Shown here: positions 12,431-25,329 of the stretch, piece after piece
Numbering within the stretch: position 1 is the first letter of the stretch
How the letters are laid out: each line of letters opens with the position of its first letter
From: Octopus vulgaris
Lineage: Eukaryota
NCBI GenBank assembly: GCA_951406725.2
Contig: OX597815.1
Span: 154,008,001-154,072,000 of the forward strand
DNA: 64,000 nt
Reading direction: 5' to 3'
Position numbers and translations under genes: made by a program
The notes under the pieces: generated by a model
The model's database searches: none
What the model saw: only the letters and a program-made list of their open reading frames with translations
Told to the model about the DNA's origin: nothing

Positions 12431-13690
12431 GCAAGTATTTCTTTTTAAAAGTTAATGTTTTATTTATTTTATTTTTTCTTTGTATTTGTAAAAATTTACA
12501 GATCTGGGGTTGGTTTAACTGCATAACATTTCATGAACTATTTATTGACTTAAACCTCGTTCCAACGGGAGAGCTCAGTATATGAATCACATGACGGAAA
12601 GTTACTAGCATATTGACGAGTGTGACTGCTAGTACACGTTAACGAAGAAGTAGAGTGGTACTCTTAACATTTCCATTTGAGAGATATCCTGAACTAAAAG
12701 CCGTTTTCCCTATCCTATTCAAGGTTTATATTGTATCAATAGTTGTGAAACATTTCTTAACAGGTATAGTAAAGCATTTCAATATCGGATGAAAAGAAAT
12801 CAAATTCCTAATACAATAATTGAGTTGTAAGCTCCTACAGGGTACTTATCAAAAAGCGAAACAGCATCATTATAAAAGCGCTGGTAATACATAACAGCTA
12901 ATTGACCTTTTGGAGAGCGAACAGTTGCCTTCTTGACTCAGCCAGTTATGACTCTCACGTCTGCCTGAGTCATTTTAGTAACTTAGGTTTCTTTAGAATT
13001 TGAAATGGTGTCATTGTATCGTACAGGAAACCATCTACAGTTTATTGTTCTTTTTGTTGTATAATCCAATATCAGACAGCTCTAGGCCAAATTATCGATC
13101 ACTTGGAGAATTCTCCAGATATATTATATCAAATATTTTATATCTGAGACTGAGAGACCTACGGCACATTCCATATTGTAGCAGTTGTTTTTATGGAGTG
13201 CATTATATTGGTATGAATATTCTCACACTCTCTGCAGTCTAGCTTAATAGCGTAAAATGGTAGAAGCAACAATAGACGCAATAGGAGACACAGGCAACTC
13301 AGTGTAGAGTCATGGGATGGATTGTAATAAGTTATATTTAGATTGCCTACTAGTATCTATTACTGCGATACTTTAGTTAGGTCCAGTAGCATTATAGATT
13401 AAAAGCCGAAAAAGAAAAACTGAGTTGTTATAATCCCTTCTTGTTTACCAAAGTGCTATAACTTAGCGGATCTACTGTTACCGGAAATGAAATAAAGTGC
13501 ATATGTGGGAGAATATTTGAGTAGTTACTTGAAAAAGGGTGTAATTAACTGAGAAAACGATATTCATTGGCACCGGATAAATGACATAAATACAGAAAGG
13601 TTTATGGGAGCTGACTGGTCTGTCAGAAATTTGAATATAAAATACTGTAACTCTTAAGGACACTTAATTTTCTTTTTTTTTTTTTTTCAG

Positions 13691-13804
13691 CGACATCTAA
13701 CTGAACTGGAGTTTATGAGTGTCTTTCGAATGACATATGCCGACTTTTTCAATTTACCTCAATGGAGAAAAACAGACTTAAAAAAGAACCTTGGCCTGTT
13801 TTGA
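13691..13804 (+). CDS. Villin headpiece terminal exon: RHLTELEFMSVFRMTYADFFNLPQWRKTDLKKNLGLF*
   Basis: Long poly-T tract and cag acceptor. Matches the HP35 pattern (HL..F..VF.M....F.NLP.W....LKK..GLF). TGA at 13802-13804. Confidence 0.96.
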   Translation, partial: RHLTELEFMSVFRMTYADFFNLPQWRKTDLKKNLGLF

Positions 13805-13946
13805 TAGAGCAATTACATTTCGAACAGCAAATTATAATAGTTTAAAATATCAATGGAGGCTGTCAAGGACCAGTGAAACCTCGAAAGTTATTGGTGTTGA
13901 AATAAGATACTAATGACAAATACATTTAACAGTTTGAAATGATTCA

Positions 13947-13952
13947 AATAAA
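13947..13952 (+). promoter_or_regulatory. Candidate polyadenylation signal of the villin-family gene
   Basis: First AATAAA I find after the stop, ~140 nt downstream. Weak evidence in AT-rich DNA. Confidence 0.4.
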
Positions 13953-15919
13953 GTTTTGATGAATATGATAAAGTTTAACAATTACAGTTAAAAAGAAAAT
14001 ATCTGTTAGCTTACGGTTTGACAAAGACATTGTTTGAGAATTCAAAATGCAGGTTCTCTCATTTTCCCCAGCTCCTAGAATTTTCTTCTATGATTACATT
14101 ATTGGTGCTGATTTATTAGAAAAACTCTTCATAACATCACGGCAAGTAAGAAAATCGAATCTTTTTGTCGGATTGATAACATTCAAGCTAAATTCATGGA
14201 CATTATCATCTTTGAAGTATTAATAGATGAGCGTATCAAACAAAAGAAGATGATTAGAATACCTATGCATATTCATTTTTACATACTCAGAAGTTAGCCA
14301 GTTTGTTTCAAAGGAAACCTCGCATTTCACTGACTAATTCTTATCATCTTCAAAGTACTAAAATAAATATTCATAGAGACGTAATGTCGAGATAAATAAC
14401 GTCATAAAAACAAGCCCGCACATATTACATTTATATGCACATAGATATTGGGTTATTTTTTACATATCAACAGTCATATCTTAAAGATGTATAGGAAGCA
14501 TAACTTAAATCCGTTCTTGCAGACATTTGCTTCTATTATTAAATCAACCAAGAAAAAAACATGTGCAGTTAGATATTACATCTCTGACGCTAAAAAGAAA
14601 ATGCGATAAGAGTTATTACACCTAATTGATCAGATAATAGTCGTTCTAGAATGGTGAATAATGATTCCAATGACAAAATTATACATTATGCATAGCCTGT
14701 CCTAGGAAAACCAGTTTGTTATTTCTATTAAAATTTACATTGCCAGGAGTTTATTGTTTGATGTTTAAAAGTGAATATGTTGATGTAAAATCTGGTATGG
14801 CTGACTAAACGTTTTATAGTACTTCTGGTTCTGTACGAGGAACCTAGAAATTCTACAGTTAACGAATCACACATCCATCTTACATGGACCCCGCTATCTA
14901 ACGTCTATAAGACTGAAGTTAGATGAACAAACTCCTTGGAAGTTAACTGATGCAGTTCAGCAACAGTAATAGAAGGAAAACTACAAATATTTCATATGTT
15001 AGTTCGATAGAGTATTTATCGACCAACTCTGATATTTTCAGTGGTTACATTGTTTCACAGATTGTATTCTTGAAAGGCTTCCAGACATTATTGTAGAATT
15101 ATGAAACTTGGCCTGAATGCTTCAATAGTGATATCAAAGACAAGTTAGTGAACTTAATAGAAACTATTAAACATTTTGGGAAGAGGAAAATAGCATCAAA
15201 ATATTTCTTTTTATATGAGTATCAAATTGCAATGCGTTTGCGAAATGTAAATTTTCACAAAATGGTTGCAGTTATAGAAAATCAGAGAATGAAACCAACA
15301 AGAAACGATATAATCTCATTCGATTTCTAATAAAATGTAGTCATTCATAAGAAGACGAAAAGAAATCGCAAAAATATATTCTTGTCTTTTTGATGAAAAC
15401 AATACTTGCTGAAAATGTCTGATTTCGATATAAGAACTCGATATAAGAACAGTAATAGATACATAACATAAATAGAATCAATCACACACCGAAGTCAAGC
15501 TTTAGTCTCTTGTTTGTATGTATTTTCAAACGGGGACTGTTTTAAAAATATGCTGAGGGATATGTGAATACGTAGCATTTTTACAATTTTATTAAAAGAA
15601 GTATATAAAGATATTGTAGGGTAAATTCAGTAGGATAATCCCCAGATAAAAACCGAGATGCAACTGTTTATGGATGACATGCATAGTAAACTACGAATAC
15701 TATTCTATATATATAACAGTTTTTCGAATGGCTGTTTGGTTAAAAAGCTCTATTTTTAACCATACGATTCCGGATTCGATTGCACTGTATGGTACCTAGG
15801 ACAAGTGACTTACGTCATGGTCTGGACAGTGTGCCCAGTAACCTTTATCATAGTGTCGTATGAAATGAATATTTGATAGACAAAAATTCGAAATCTCTCT
15901 GTCTCTCTCTGTCTCTATC

Positions 15920-15967
<48 letters not shown>

Positions 15968-16104
15968 ACACACACATGACCATCTTGGAGTATTATAGGT
16001 TCTCTGGCAAATCAATTATTTATGACCTATATAAACAGCAAGCCGCATACATGGATCACAACTGGACCCCTAGACCTTTGGGACTCCCTATCTCTCTTTC
16101 TCTC

Positions 16105-16157
<53 letters not shown>

Positions 16158-16686
16158 GTATATACATGCAGACACACTCACACACACATAAACACACACA
16201 CATGTATATATCTAAATCAGAAACCATCATTACTCCTATTGCTTAAGTGGACAGACACCACACGTAGCAAATTCTCAGTCTATCTGCCTGTCACTCTCTC
16301 TCTAACACGCATGCACGCACACCCGCGGACACACACACACACACACACATACACACACACATACACAGATGAACATACATTTCATTTGAGAAATATTTTC
16401 CATTCATTATTTTAAAATTACAAGTTGTTCCAAAAGTAGTCGAGATTAAAGTTCAACGAATTTCTATTTACATAAAATAGAAATTTGCCATAAAATTAGT
16501 AAAATGTCAGAAAAGCTGTAAATGAATTGAAAATATATTCCATTCTAAAACTATTTGCTCATGTTTTAAAATTACAATCAGTTGTTTAGCTTTTTTTTTT
16601 TTTATTAAAAGTGACTTTGTGTTAAGTTTAAAATTTGTTTTGCTAATGTGTCTTTAGATTTCTGGTTTAGAAGAATGTACTGCATC

Positions 16687-16835
<149 letters not shown>

Positions 16836-16959
16836 TATACGTATAAAATACATATAAATATATATATATATATATAATATATTATATATACATATACGTA
16901 TGCCTATATATTTACATATATAAAGACATACGTACATATATATGATATAGCCACCCTTG

Positions 16960-17635
16960 CTAGCTATGCAGATGACACAAAAGTCTCTCAGACAATGGAA
17001 GATCCTGGCAACATTCCACATCTGTAACAGGTGTTAGACGCAATAAACAGGTGTGCTGAGGACAACATGCAATTTAACACAGGAAAATTCTAGATCCTAC
17101 GATACCAGCACACAAAGCTAAACGACATGCAGACAGGATACATTGGCTCAGGAAGAATTATAATGCCTAAATCAAAATCAATGCGTGACCTGGGCATTGA
17201 CATGGGCAATGATGCATCTTTTCAAATGCATATTACCAATTTGGTAATAAAATGAGGACGGCAAGCTGGATGGATCCTGCGAAGTACCATAGCAAGGGAA
17301 AATGAGATATTAATGGTCATTTGGAGGACATACGTCCTCAGCAGCTTGGACTACTGCTCTCAACTATGGTCCCCACACAGTATAAAATTCACAGTGGAAC
17401 TCGAAGCAATCAAATGAAGCTACATTAAGAAAATCATCTCGATTCAACGTATCAGCTACTGGGAAAGACTGAAAGAAGTAAAACTCTTCTCCCTAAAACG
17501 AAGGCAGGAAAGATATGCAGTGATGTACATTTGGAAAAGCATGCAAGACCTTATACCAAACTTTGGCATTGAAAGTTACTCAAACTGCAGAACAGGGCGC
17601 TACTGCATAGTGGCAAAGATCCAGTATCGCCATCA
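16960..17635 (+). mobile_element. CR1-group LINE, 3' RT fragment
   Basis: SYADDTKV, MQFNTGK, DLGI, LDYCSQLWSP, SYWERLKEVKLFSLKRR, with stops and frameshifts. Confidence 0.88.
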
Positions 17636-17651
17636 AAATATATATCTCTAA

Positions 17652-17718
<67 letters not shown>

Positions 17719-17724
17719 TATATA

Positions 17725-17970
17725 CTTTATTTAAAGCAGCAGATAATTCAACAAAACCTGTTACTCTGAGTTTCACGTTCCCGTTCGTCGGACAGTTTTT
17801 GCTAGATCCTACGATACCAGCACACAAAAACTGTCCGACGAACGGGAACGTGAAACTCAGAGTAACAGGTTTTGTTGAATTTTCTGCTGCTTTAAATAAA
17901 GCATAGTAATCTACCACTGGTATTTGAGTACTCTTTTTTCCACCTTGTTTCACATTTATGTGTTTACTCC

Positions 17971-17972
<2 letters not shown>
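17725..17972 (+). mobile_element. Penelope-like terminal repeat with an inverted partial copy (76-bp arms, 17725-17800 and 17826-17901)
   Basis: Arms match with one mismatch. Embedded in (TA)n. Contains a minimal hammerhead-like motif. Confidence 0.75.
17831..17868 (+). ncRNA. Candidate minimal type I hammerhead ribozyme (mirror copy on - at 17758-17795)
   Basis: Stem I ctgt/acag, core ccgacga (CUGANGA with U4>C), stem II acg-ggaa-cgt, gaaa, stem III (a)ctc-a-gag(t), cleavage triplet GUA. Confidence 0.6.
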
Positions 17973-18014
<42 letters not shown>

Positions 18015-18156
18015 GAATTAGAGTAATTCATATTTTATATATTTATACTGCGGAATTTGATTTAATTATAAATCTAATTTTTCCTTGTAAGTTTGGAGCC
18101 ATACTCCCTAATATCATATATATATATATATATATATATATCAAAATACATCTCTC

Positions 18157-18197
<41 letters not shown>

Positions 18198-18225
18198 TAT
18201 ATGTGTGTGTGTGTATATATATATG

Positions 18226-18263
<38 letters not shown>

Positions 18264-18324
18264 TGTATATATATATATATATGTATATATATGTATGTAA
18301 ATATATATATATATATGTATATAT

Positions 18325-18643
18325 GTAACTGTCTTAAGGCTGTATCACGCGCGGAGACAGAAATAATCCGATCGCGCAGTTAAACCATTGGGAGTGAAGG
18401 ACTCCTAGCGTTTGTTAGGGCATCCTTCTAGGAGAAAGTAACTCAGGTAACTGGGATAACTCCGACATAAAACCTACGGCTCAGTGGTTACCGATGATGT
18501 TGGCTTGTTCTTCTTTTCGGAGTATGGCTGCAGTTGCTTGCCTTTCCTCACTTTAAAAAAAATATTCTCGCACAGGCATTGCACGATAACAACATTGATT
18601 AAGCTTCGTGCAATGGCCATACGCGATAACGAGGGGGCAGCCA

Positions 18644-18647
<4 letters not shown>
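18325..18647 (+). mobile_element. Interspersed repeat resembling an RTE-type 5' region
   Basis: ccttctaggagaaagtaactc...aaaacc resembles RTE 5' UTR motifs. TA-flanked. Family not certain. Confidence 0.4.
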
Positions 18648-18697
<50 letters not shown>

Positions 18698-18700
<3 letters not shown>

Positions 18701-18815
18701 AAATTGTAAAGATAATCTGGACCTCGACTGAGAAAAGAAAACTCTGAATGACCCGTCCCAGTTTTCTTTGTATCGTGTGTCTGGATGTTTTGCGTTCTTG
18801 TCCCATTTTTTTATT
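18698..18815 (+). mobile_element. Penelope-like terminal repeat fragment, same family as the end of 19230-19900
   Basis: aagataatctgga.ctcgactgag...tctggatgttttgcgttcttgtcccatttt is repeated at ~19787-19900. Confidence 0.6.
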
Positions 18816-18868
18816 TTTTATATATAAAAATATAGCGGCGTACGCACACTTTGGTCTCTTATATGTAA

Positions 18869-19010
<142 letters not shown>

Positions 19011-19216
19011 AAGGCGGTGAGCTGGCAGAAACGTTAGCACGCCGGGCGAAATGCGTAGCCGTTCAAATTCCGCCGAGGTCGACTTTGCCTTTCATCCTTT
19101 CGGGGGCGATAAATAAAGCACCAGTTACGCACTGGGGTCGATGTAATCGACTTAATCCCTTTGTCTGTCCTTGTTTGTCCCCTCTATGTTTAGCCCCTTG
19201 TGGGCAGTAAAGAAAT
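19011..19216 (+). mobile_element. SINE family B monomer with tail tttagccccttgtgggcagtaaagaaata
   Basis: Homologous to 2381-2596 and 43310-43451. Confidence 0.88.
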
Positions 19217-19229
19217 ATATATATATCTA

Positions 19230-19900
19230 AATTTTGTACGACTCTATTCTTCCTATTCTTTCATTCTTTCTTTCTTTCTACCAGCTCCTTCACGATTCGT
19301 TCACTCCACTCTTCGTTCTTGCTTTTTCCCTCTTTCATATTTCCTGGCCTTCTTTTGAAGCTCAACGTCTCTCTTTCACTTCACTCTGTCCCTTTATTTT
19401 TTCTCGCCCCTCCTTAATTCATCTATCCTTTTGCCTCTGCCTCTCTCTTCTCTAATCACGTGACCGGTCTTCGGCTAAGCCTGACCTTTCTTTCTTGGTT
19501 CGACTACCATGCGTGCGACATCTATATTCCTCCCTGTGCCTGTCAAATCTTATGTCCCTGCCATAAGGCTTTACTTCCACACACCAGCTTAATTTAATTC
19601 ATCCTTAGTCGAAAGACACCCGTCGTTATGTCCTGTTATTTGTATTTCTGTACCATTTCGTTTTTTCCCACCCATGTTTTCGTATACATTCGCTGCTTTC
19701 TTCCAAGGAATCTAGTGCTCTTAGCTTAGTTTTTCCTTGGGGCTGGCCAGATTGGAGCAATCTCGGGTAAAACCAGCCAAAATTGGAAAGATAATCTGGA
19801 ACTCGACTGAGGAAAGAAAACTTCGAATGTCCCGTCCGTGTTGTTTCATATTCCTCTTTTGCATCATCTGTCTGGATGTTTTGCGTTCTTGTCCCATTTT
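19230..19900 (+). mobile_element. Probable Penelope-like element 3'/terminal-repeat fragment
   Basis: Ends in the terminus shared with 18698-18815. Has an imperfect ctgagga-aagaaaactt-cgaa hammerhead-like core. Confidence 0.5.
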
Positions 19901-19906
19901 ATACAT

Positions 19907-19952
<46 letters not shown>

Positions 19953-21388
19953 ATATATATATATGCATACACGCACGCACGTAAACACACACACACACGC
20001 ATGTAAAAACACACACATTATGTGGATAATATTTCCAATCTAGACATAACAACCGTATCTGCTACTTCGAGTGCTCCAATTCTGTGTATACACATATAGT
20101 TACTCGTTTGCTGAAATTTAGCAATAGTTTCTCTCATTGTTTTGACATCCCATATTCGATCATAACACTGTCGGTACTTTTGAAGACACGAGTATGCTAG
20201 TTTTTTTTTTAAGAATTGTCCTATAATATGTGAGTCGTAACATAAAGGTGCTGTGTTCAGACTTCTATAGTGATGTTCAATATGCATTTAGTTATAATTT
20301 CAGGATACCGGCTTGTTTGAAGAAGAAAATCGATTCTGGTGTATGCTTGAGTTCATTGGAATTTCAAACCTTTATCTAAAAGTTTAATCAAGCCAACTTC
20401 GTACAGGGGCTCTGTAATGTTCAGTGAGTGAGTTAGTGCATAATGCAAGCGAATATCAGTTATATATTTGCAGATTGCATGACTCAATAAAAGCTAAACT
20501 TTAGTGAATGTTTGGATCTTATGGAATGCTTTAATGGTAATCTGTATCAGTTGTGAAAACTGGTGCTCTCTCTCTCTCACACTCTCTCTTTTTCTCTCTT
20601 TCCGTTAAGAATCCGTGTGATATAATGGATGTTTAGGCAATTTCAATTTTGTTCTCACTTTTTCAATAAATTACTGCATAATATTGGTGTCCTTTCTCTG
20701 TGAGCTTTCTAAAAATTGCTTAAGTTCATCGTATTTGCAGTAGATCGTTCAATTGATATTCTGTAAGTTATGCGAGGATTCCATGTGGTCGATGTTCTTA
20801 TCACAGAAAATATGTTCAATTTTTGTTTGAAGCATATTAAATATTTAAGAGAAACAAAATCATACTAACGGGAATTGAAACCTAATCGCAAACACAATTT
20901 GTATCTAAGTTAGAGGGTGTTAATCTTGCGATAGAGATAATAGAACAAGGTATAATGACATTTAGGTTTTTAATTCGTACTCTCTGGGAGATTAAACTTA
21001 ACTGTGATAAATATTGATTTTTCTTCCATGTGGGCAGAAGAAAGATACAACGCTTCGTTATGATGTGACACATATCTCCGAGGAAAACAAAGCAAAAATA
21101 AAGTAAAAGATAATAGTGTATGTATAGTTATTAAACAAATATAAACATTCTTTAATATTCACTAAGGCGTGACAAAGGTTAATGAAGCATCATCATTATT
21201 TTATGTATAATCATTAGATACCAAATTTCTATTTTATCATTGTGAAGATTACAAAATGCGTTCTAAGAATCTCAAAGAAATCCCTCCATTTACTTCTTTC
21301 CTGCTATAGAAACCTGATCAAGGCTTGACATTAAATATTACAGTACAAGTAATGTTTACATACATACATGCATATATATATATATACA

Positions 21389-21540
<152 letters not shown>

Positions 21541-21944
21541 AGGGAATATAATTCCAAATTTACAGAGAATAATTCAATTTAGCAATTCTAAATCAAATTT
21601 CACATATAATATATGTATATAATTTAGAGAAAAGCCTCTATTAAGCAATTCAGCAGTGAAAGACGTTATTCACACCATATAGAAGAAAAAAATATAAAAA
21701 CCTTATTCTAAAAATCAATAAAGTACATAAACAATGAATAGTAAATAGTAGTAAATAGTTCTACGTATTAGTTTAAAATTTTAGTTAACAGAAATTATTC
21801 GCTAAGATAAGTTATAGTTATATTTTAAGTAATTTTGTTAAATGTTTTTTGATTATTTATTGTTATAACACGTATTTTTCTATATTTATTTGATAATTAT
21901 TATAATTTAATATGCAGACATTCATTTCATTAATATTTTCATTA

Positions 21945-24445
21945 CTATTCAGTAGTTTTATTTTTATAGCGTGCTTTCACTTCACTACCGAGCGTAGCTC
22001 TGTGTGCCTTAGGTATGTGCTGTGATTTGTTGTGATGCTCTGATGGTTATTGTATGGAAAGTGTTCTGCGTAGGATGTGTGCTGTGCCTAGTAGTGCAAT
22101 TTTCTGTGTGTTATATGTGTTTGTAAGTCCTGGTGTTTTTGTTATGTATTTGTCTGAATATTTTTTTATCATGCCTAATGCACCTACTATGATAGGAATT
22201 GTTTCTGTTTTTAGATTCCACATTCTGGTTACCTCTATTTCCAGGTCTTTGTACTTTGTAAGTTTCTCCATTTCTTTTAGAGACACGTTGTCATCTGCCG
22301 ATATTAATACATCGATTAGAATGCATTTTTTTCTTCATGATCTCTGACAACTATATCTGGTCTGTTGGCCTTAATTTATCTATCTGTGTGTATCGGCATA
22401 TCCCAGAGTATGGTTGCTTTCTCGTTTTCTGTGACCTTTTCTGGTGTGTGCCTATACCATCTTTTTTCTGTTGTTATTCCATAATGTTGGCATAACTTCC
22501 AGTGTATGTAGGTTCCAACTCTGTCATGTCTGTGAATATATTCCTTCTTAGCCAGGACTGGGCAGCCAGAGATAATATGATTTATTGTTTCTTGTCCATC
22601 TCCACATATTCTGCAGTTACTTGTTATATTTCTTTTCATTATATGTTTTTGGTAATTTCTGGTGGGTAGGCTTTGGTCTTGTGCTGCAATTAAAAATCCC
22701 TCTGTCTCTGCTTTGAGTCCTGAGCTTCTCAACCATTGCTAGGATTTTTCTTTGTCTATTTCTTTTGCGTTTAGTTTAGTCCAGTATTTACCATGAAGGG
22801 GATTTTCTTGCCATCGTTTTATCATGGTTCGTTGCTGTTCTATTTTTAGTTTGGATTTCATTTGTTTTATAGCTTTTGTTGTTTCTTCTTCTTTTTCTTC
22901 TTCTTCTTCTTCTTCTTCTTCTTCTTCTTCTTCTTCTTCTTCTTCTTCTTCTTCTTCTTCTTCTTCTTCTTCTTCTTCTTCTTCTTCTTCATATTTATTA
23001 GGTGGTATGATTTCTTGTTTGTATTTGTCAGCTTCCTTAAATACTGAGAACAGTTTTTTTGTTTTGATCGTGTTTTGCCGCTATTTGTATCAGTTTTCCT
23101 TCATTCTGAAGTAGATATTTTTGCAGTCCTATGGTGGTTATTTTATAGTAGTTTTCCAGCTGTATAAGGCCTCTACCACCTTCTATACGTTGTATATATA
23201 GTCTTTCTATGTCAGATTTTGGGTGATGCATCCTAGATCCTGTCATTATTTTTCTTGTTTTCCTGTCTATTTTGGTCAGTTCATTTAGTGTCCAGTTAAG
23301 GATATTGTAGCTGTAACATATAACTGGGACAGCTAAAGTGTTAATACCTATTATCTTGTTTTTAGCATTGAGCTCTGTTTTTAGTATTGATCTAAACTCG
23401 TCTATAATATTCTTTTTTTATTTTCTCTTTCATTTGTGTGTGTTGTGTCTTTTCTAGTTCATGGATTCCTAAGTATTTGTAAGTTTGGCTTTTATTTCAT
23501 TGGTTTTATCTAGTGTGATGTTGCTACTCTTAACTAGTTTTCCTCTTTTCAGGCTTACTTTGGCGCATTTTTCTAATCCAAATTTCATATATATTTCTTT
23601 GGTAAATCCATGAACTGTCATTAATAATGTTTCCAGCTGTTTGTCATTTGCAGCGTATAGTTTTAGGTCATCCATATATGATCGTTTTGCCGTAACATTT
23701 ATATCCGCTTCCAGTTCTATTTAGCATATCAGATAGAGGTGACAGTGCCAAGCAGAAAAGGAGTGGAGAGAGCGTGTCTCCCTGGAATATTCCTCTTCTA
23801 ATGGGGATGGCATTGGTTTTCATAAGTCCCTCTTTTGTTTGGAGCTGTAGAACTGTTTGCCATTTATTCATAGAGTGCCCTATGAATTTTATAATTGTTG
23901 GTGTTACTTTGTTAGTGGCTAGTGTCTCGAGGATCCATGTGTGGGGGATGCTATCAAACGCCTTTTTGTAGTCGATCCAGGCCATTCTGAGGCCTTTCTT
24001 CTTTCTGTGGCTGTCTTCAGTTATGGCTTTATTAATCACTAGTTGATCTTTACAGCCATATGAGCCTTTGCGGCATCCTTTCTGCTCTTCTGGAAACAGG
24101 TTGTTTTCGTCCAGGTGCTTGTCCAACCTTTGCGATATCACTGCAGTAAATGCCTTGTACATTGTAGGGAGACAGGTTATTGGTCTGTAGTTTTCTGGTT
24201 TTGCTGTCTCATTTGATTTGGGAATTAAGATGGTTTTCCCCTTCGTGAGCCATTCAGGCATTGTCTCTGGCTCTGCTAGTATGTTGTTAAAGTTTTCAGC
24301 CAGCTTTTTGTGCATTCCTGTTAGATATTTCAACCAGAAGTTGGGGATCTTGTAATACCCAGGTGCCTTCGAGTTGCTTAGTCTTTGCAGTGCCTGGGTG
24401 ACCTCTTCAGTTGTTATGGGGGTCCAAAATTGCTCAGATGCTGAG
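21945..24445 (-). mobile_element. R4/Dong-clade (RLE-type) non-LTR retrotransposon, 5'-truncated, few lesions
   Basis: RT motifs YRPITCLPT, EQKGCR, WIDYKKAFDSIPH, GIFQGDTLSPLLF, MDDLKLYA. C-terminal CRICG...HIISGC, RHD and KYKDLE restriction-like endonuclease region. Associated with (TAA)n. Confidence 0.93.
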
Positions 24446-24478
24446 TTTGTTGTTTTAATACTCCTTTTTTTTGGTTGT

Positions 24479-24539
<61 letters not shown>

Positions 24540-24543
<4 letters not shown>

Positions 24544-24684
24544 TAGTTTTATTTTTATTATTATTAGTAGTTTTATTTTTATAGCGTGCTTTCACTTCAC
24601 TACCGAGCGCAGCTCTGTGTGCCTTGGGTATGTGCTGTGATTTGTTGTGATGCTCTGATGGTTATTGTATGGAAAGTGTTCTTC
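24540..24684 (-). mobile_element. Second, extremely 5'-truncated copy of the same R4/Dong 3' end
   Basis: Near-identical to ~21950-22067. Sits between (TTA)n tracts. Confidence 0.88.
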
Positions 24685-24814
24685 TTATTATTATTATTGT
24701 TACTATTATTATCATTATTATATATGTATATATATATATACATATATTATTATTATTATCATCATCATTATTATCATCATCATCATTATTATTATTATAG
24801 ATCTGATGAGTGTC

Positions 24815-25247
24815 TAAAATAGTACAGATACTTGTCAGTTGTTTGACCTTAGTCAGTTGAGCATGTCCCTTAGTGGCTGACGATATGTGCATCTCTGATC
24901 ACAAGCAAAAGTAGTGGCAGAGCATCATAGCCGTGTGTTGAAAGGAATTCTTGGAGGTTTGAATAATTCGCCTTTGGAAACATGGGTGTTTCAACAGCAT
25001 TAAACAATTCTCATTCAGGTGCCTTTTGAGGGGGATAGGCTACTCGATCAGAAGACATTTTTAACTGGGCCTCACCTGCGAGGTCATGTGCTGTTTATCT
25101 TGATATGAGATCACCATGTCGCGCACATATGGTTGTGATGCATGTGCTTAGCGTACCCTTATCAGATGTGTAGTCATGATGGGTATACTGGGCTTCGGAT
25201 ATTTATACCCCAGTGTCCCATTGATGTCATGCACTGCTCTCTCACTC
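24815..25247 (+). mobile_element. Non-coding repeat with a (TAA)n tail, 5'-truncated, same family as 40393-40935
   Basis: Collinear from cttgtcagttgtttgacctta to gc.ctgctctctcac, followed by (AAT)n. Confidence 0.8.
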
Positions 25248-25307
<60 letters not shown>

Positions 25308-25329
25308 GGAGCTTACAACTTCAAAATAT

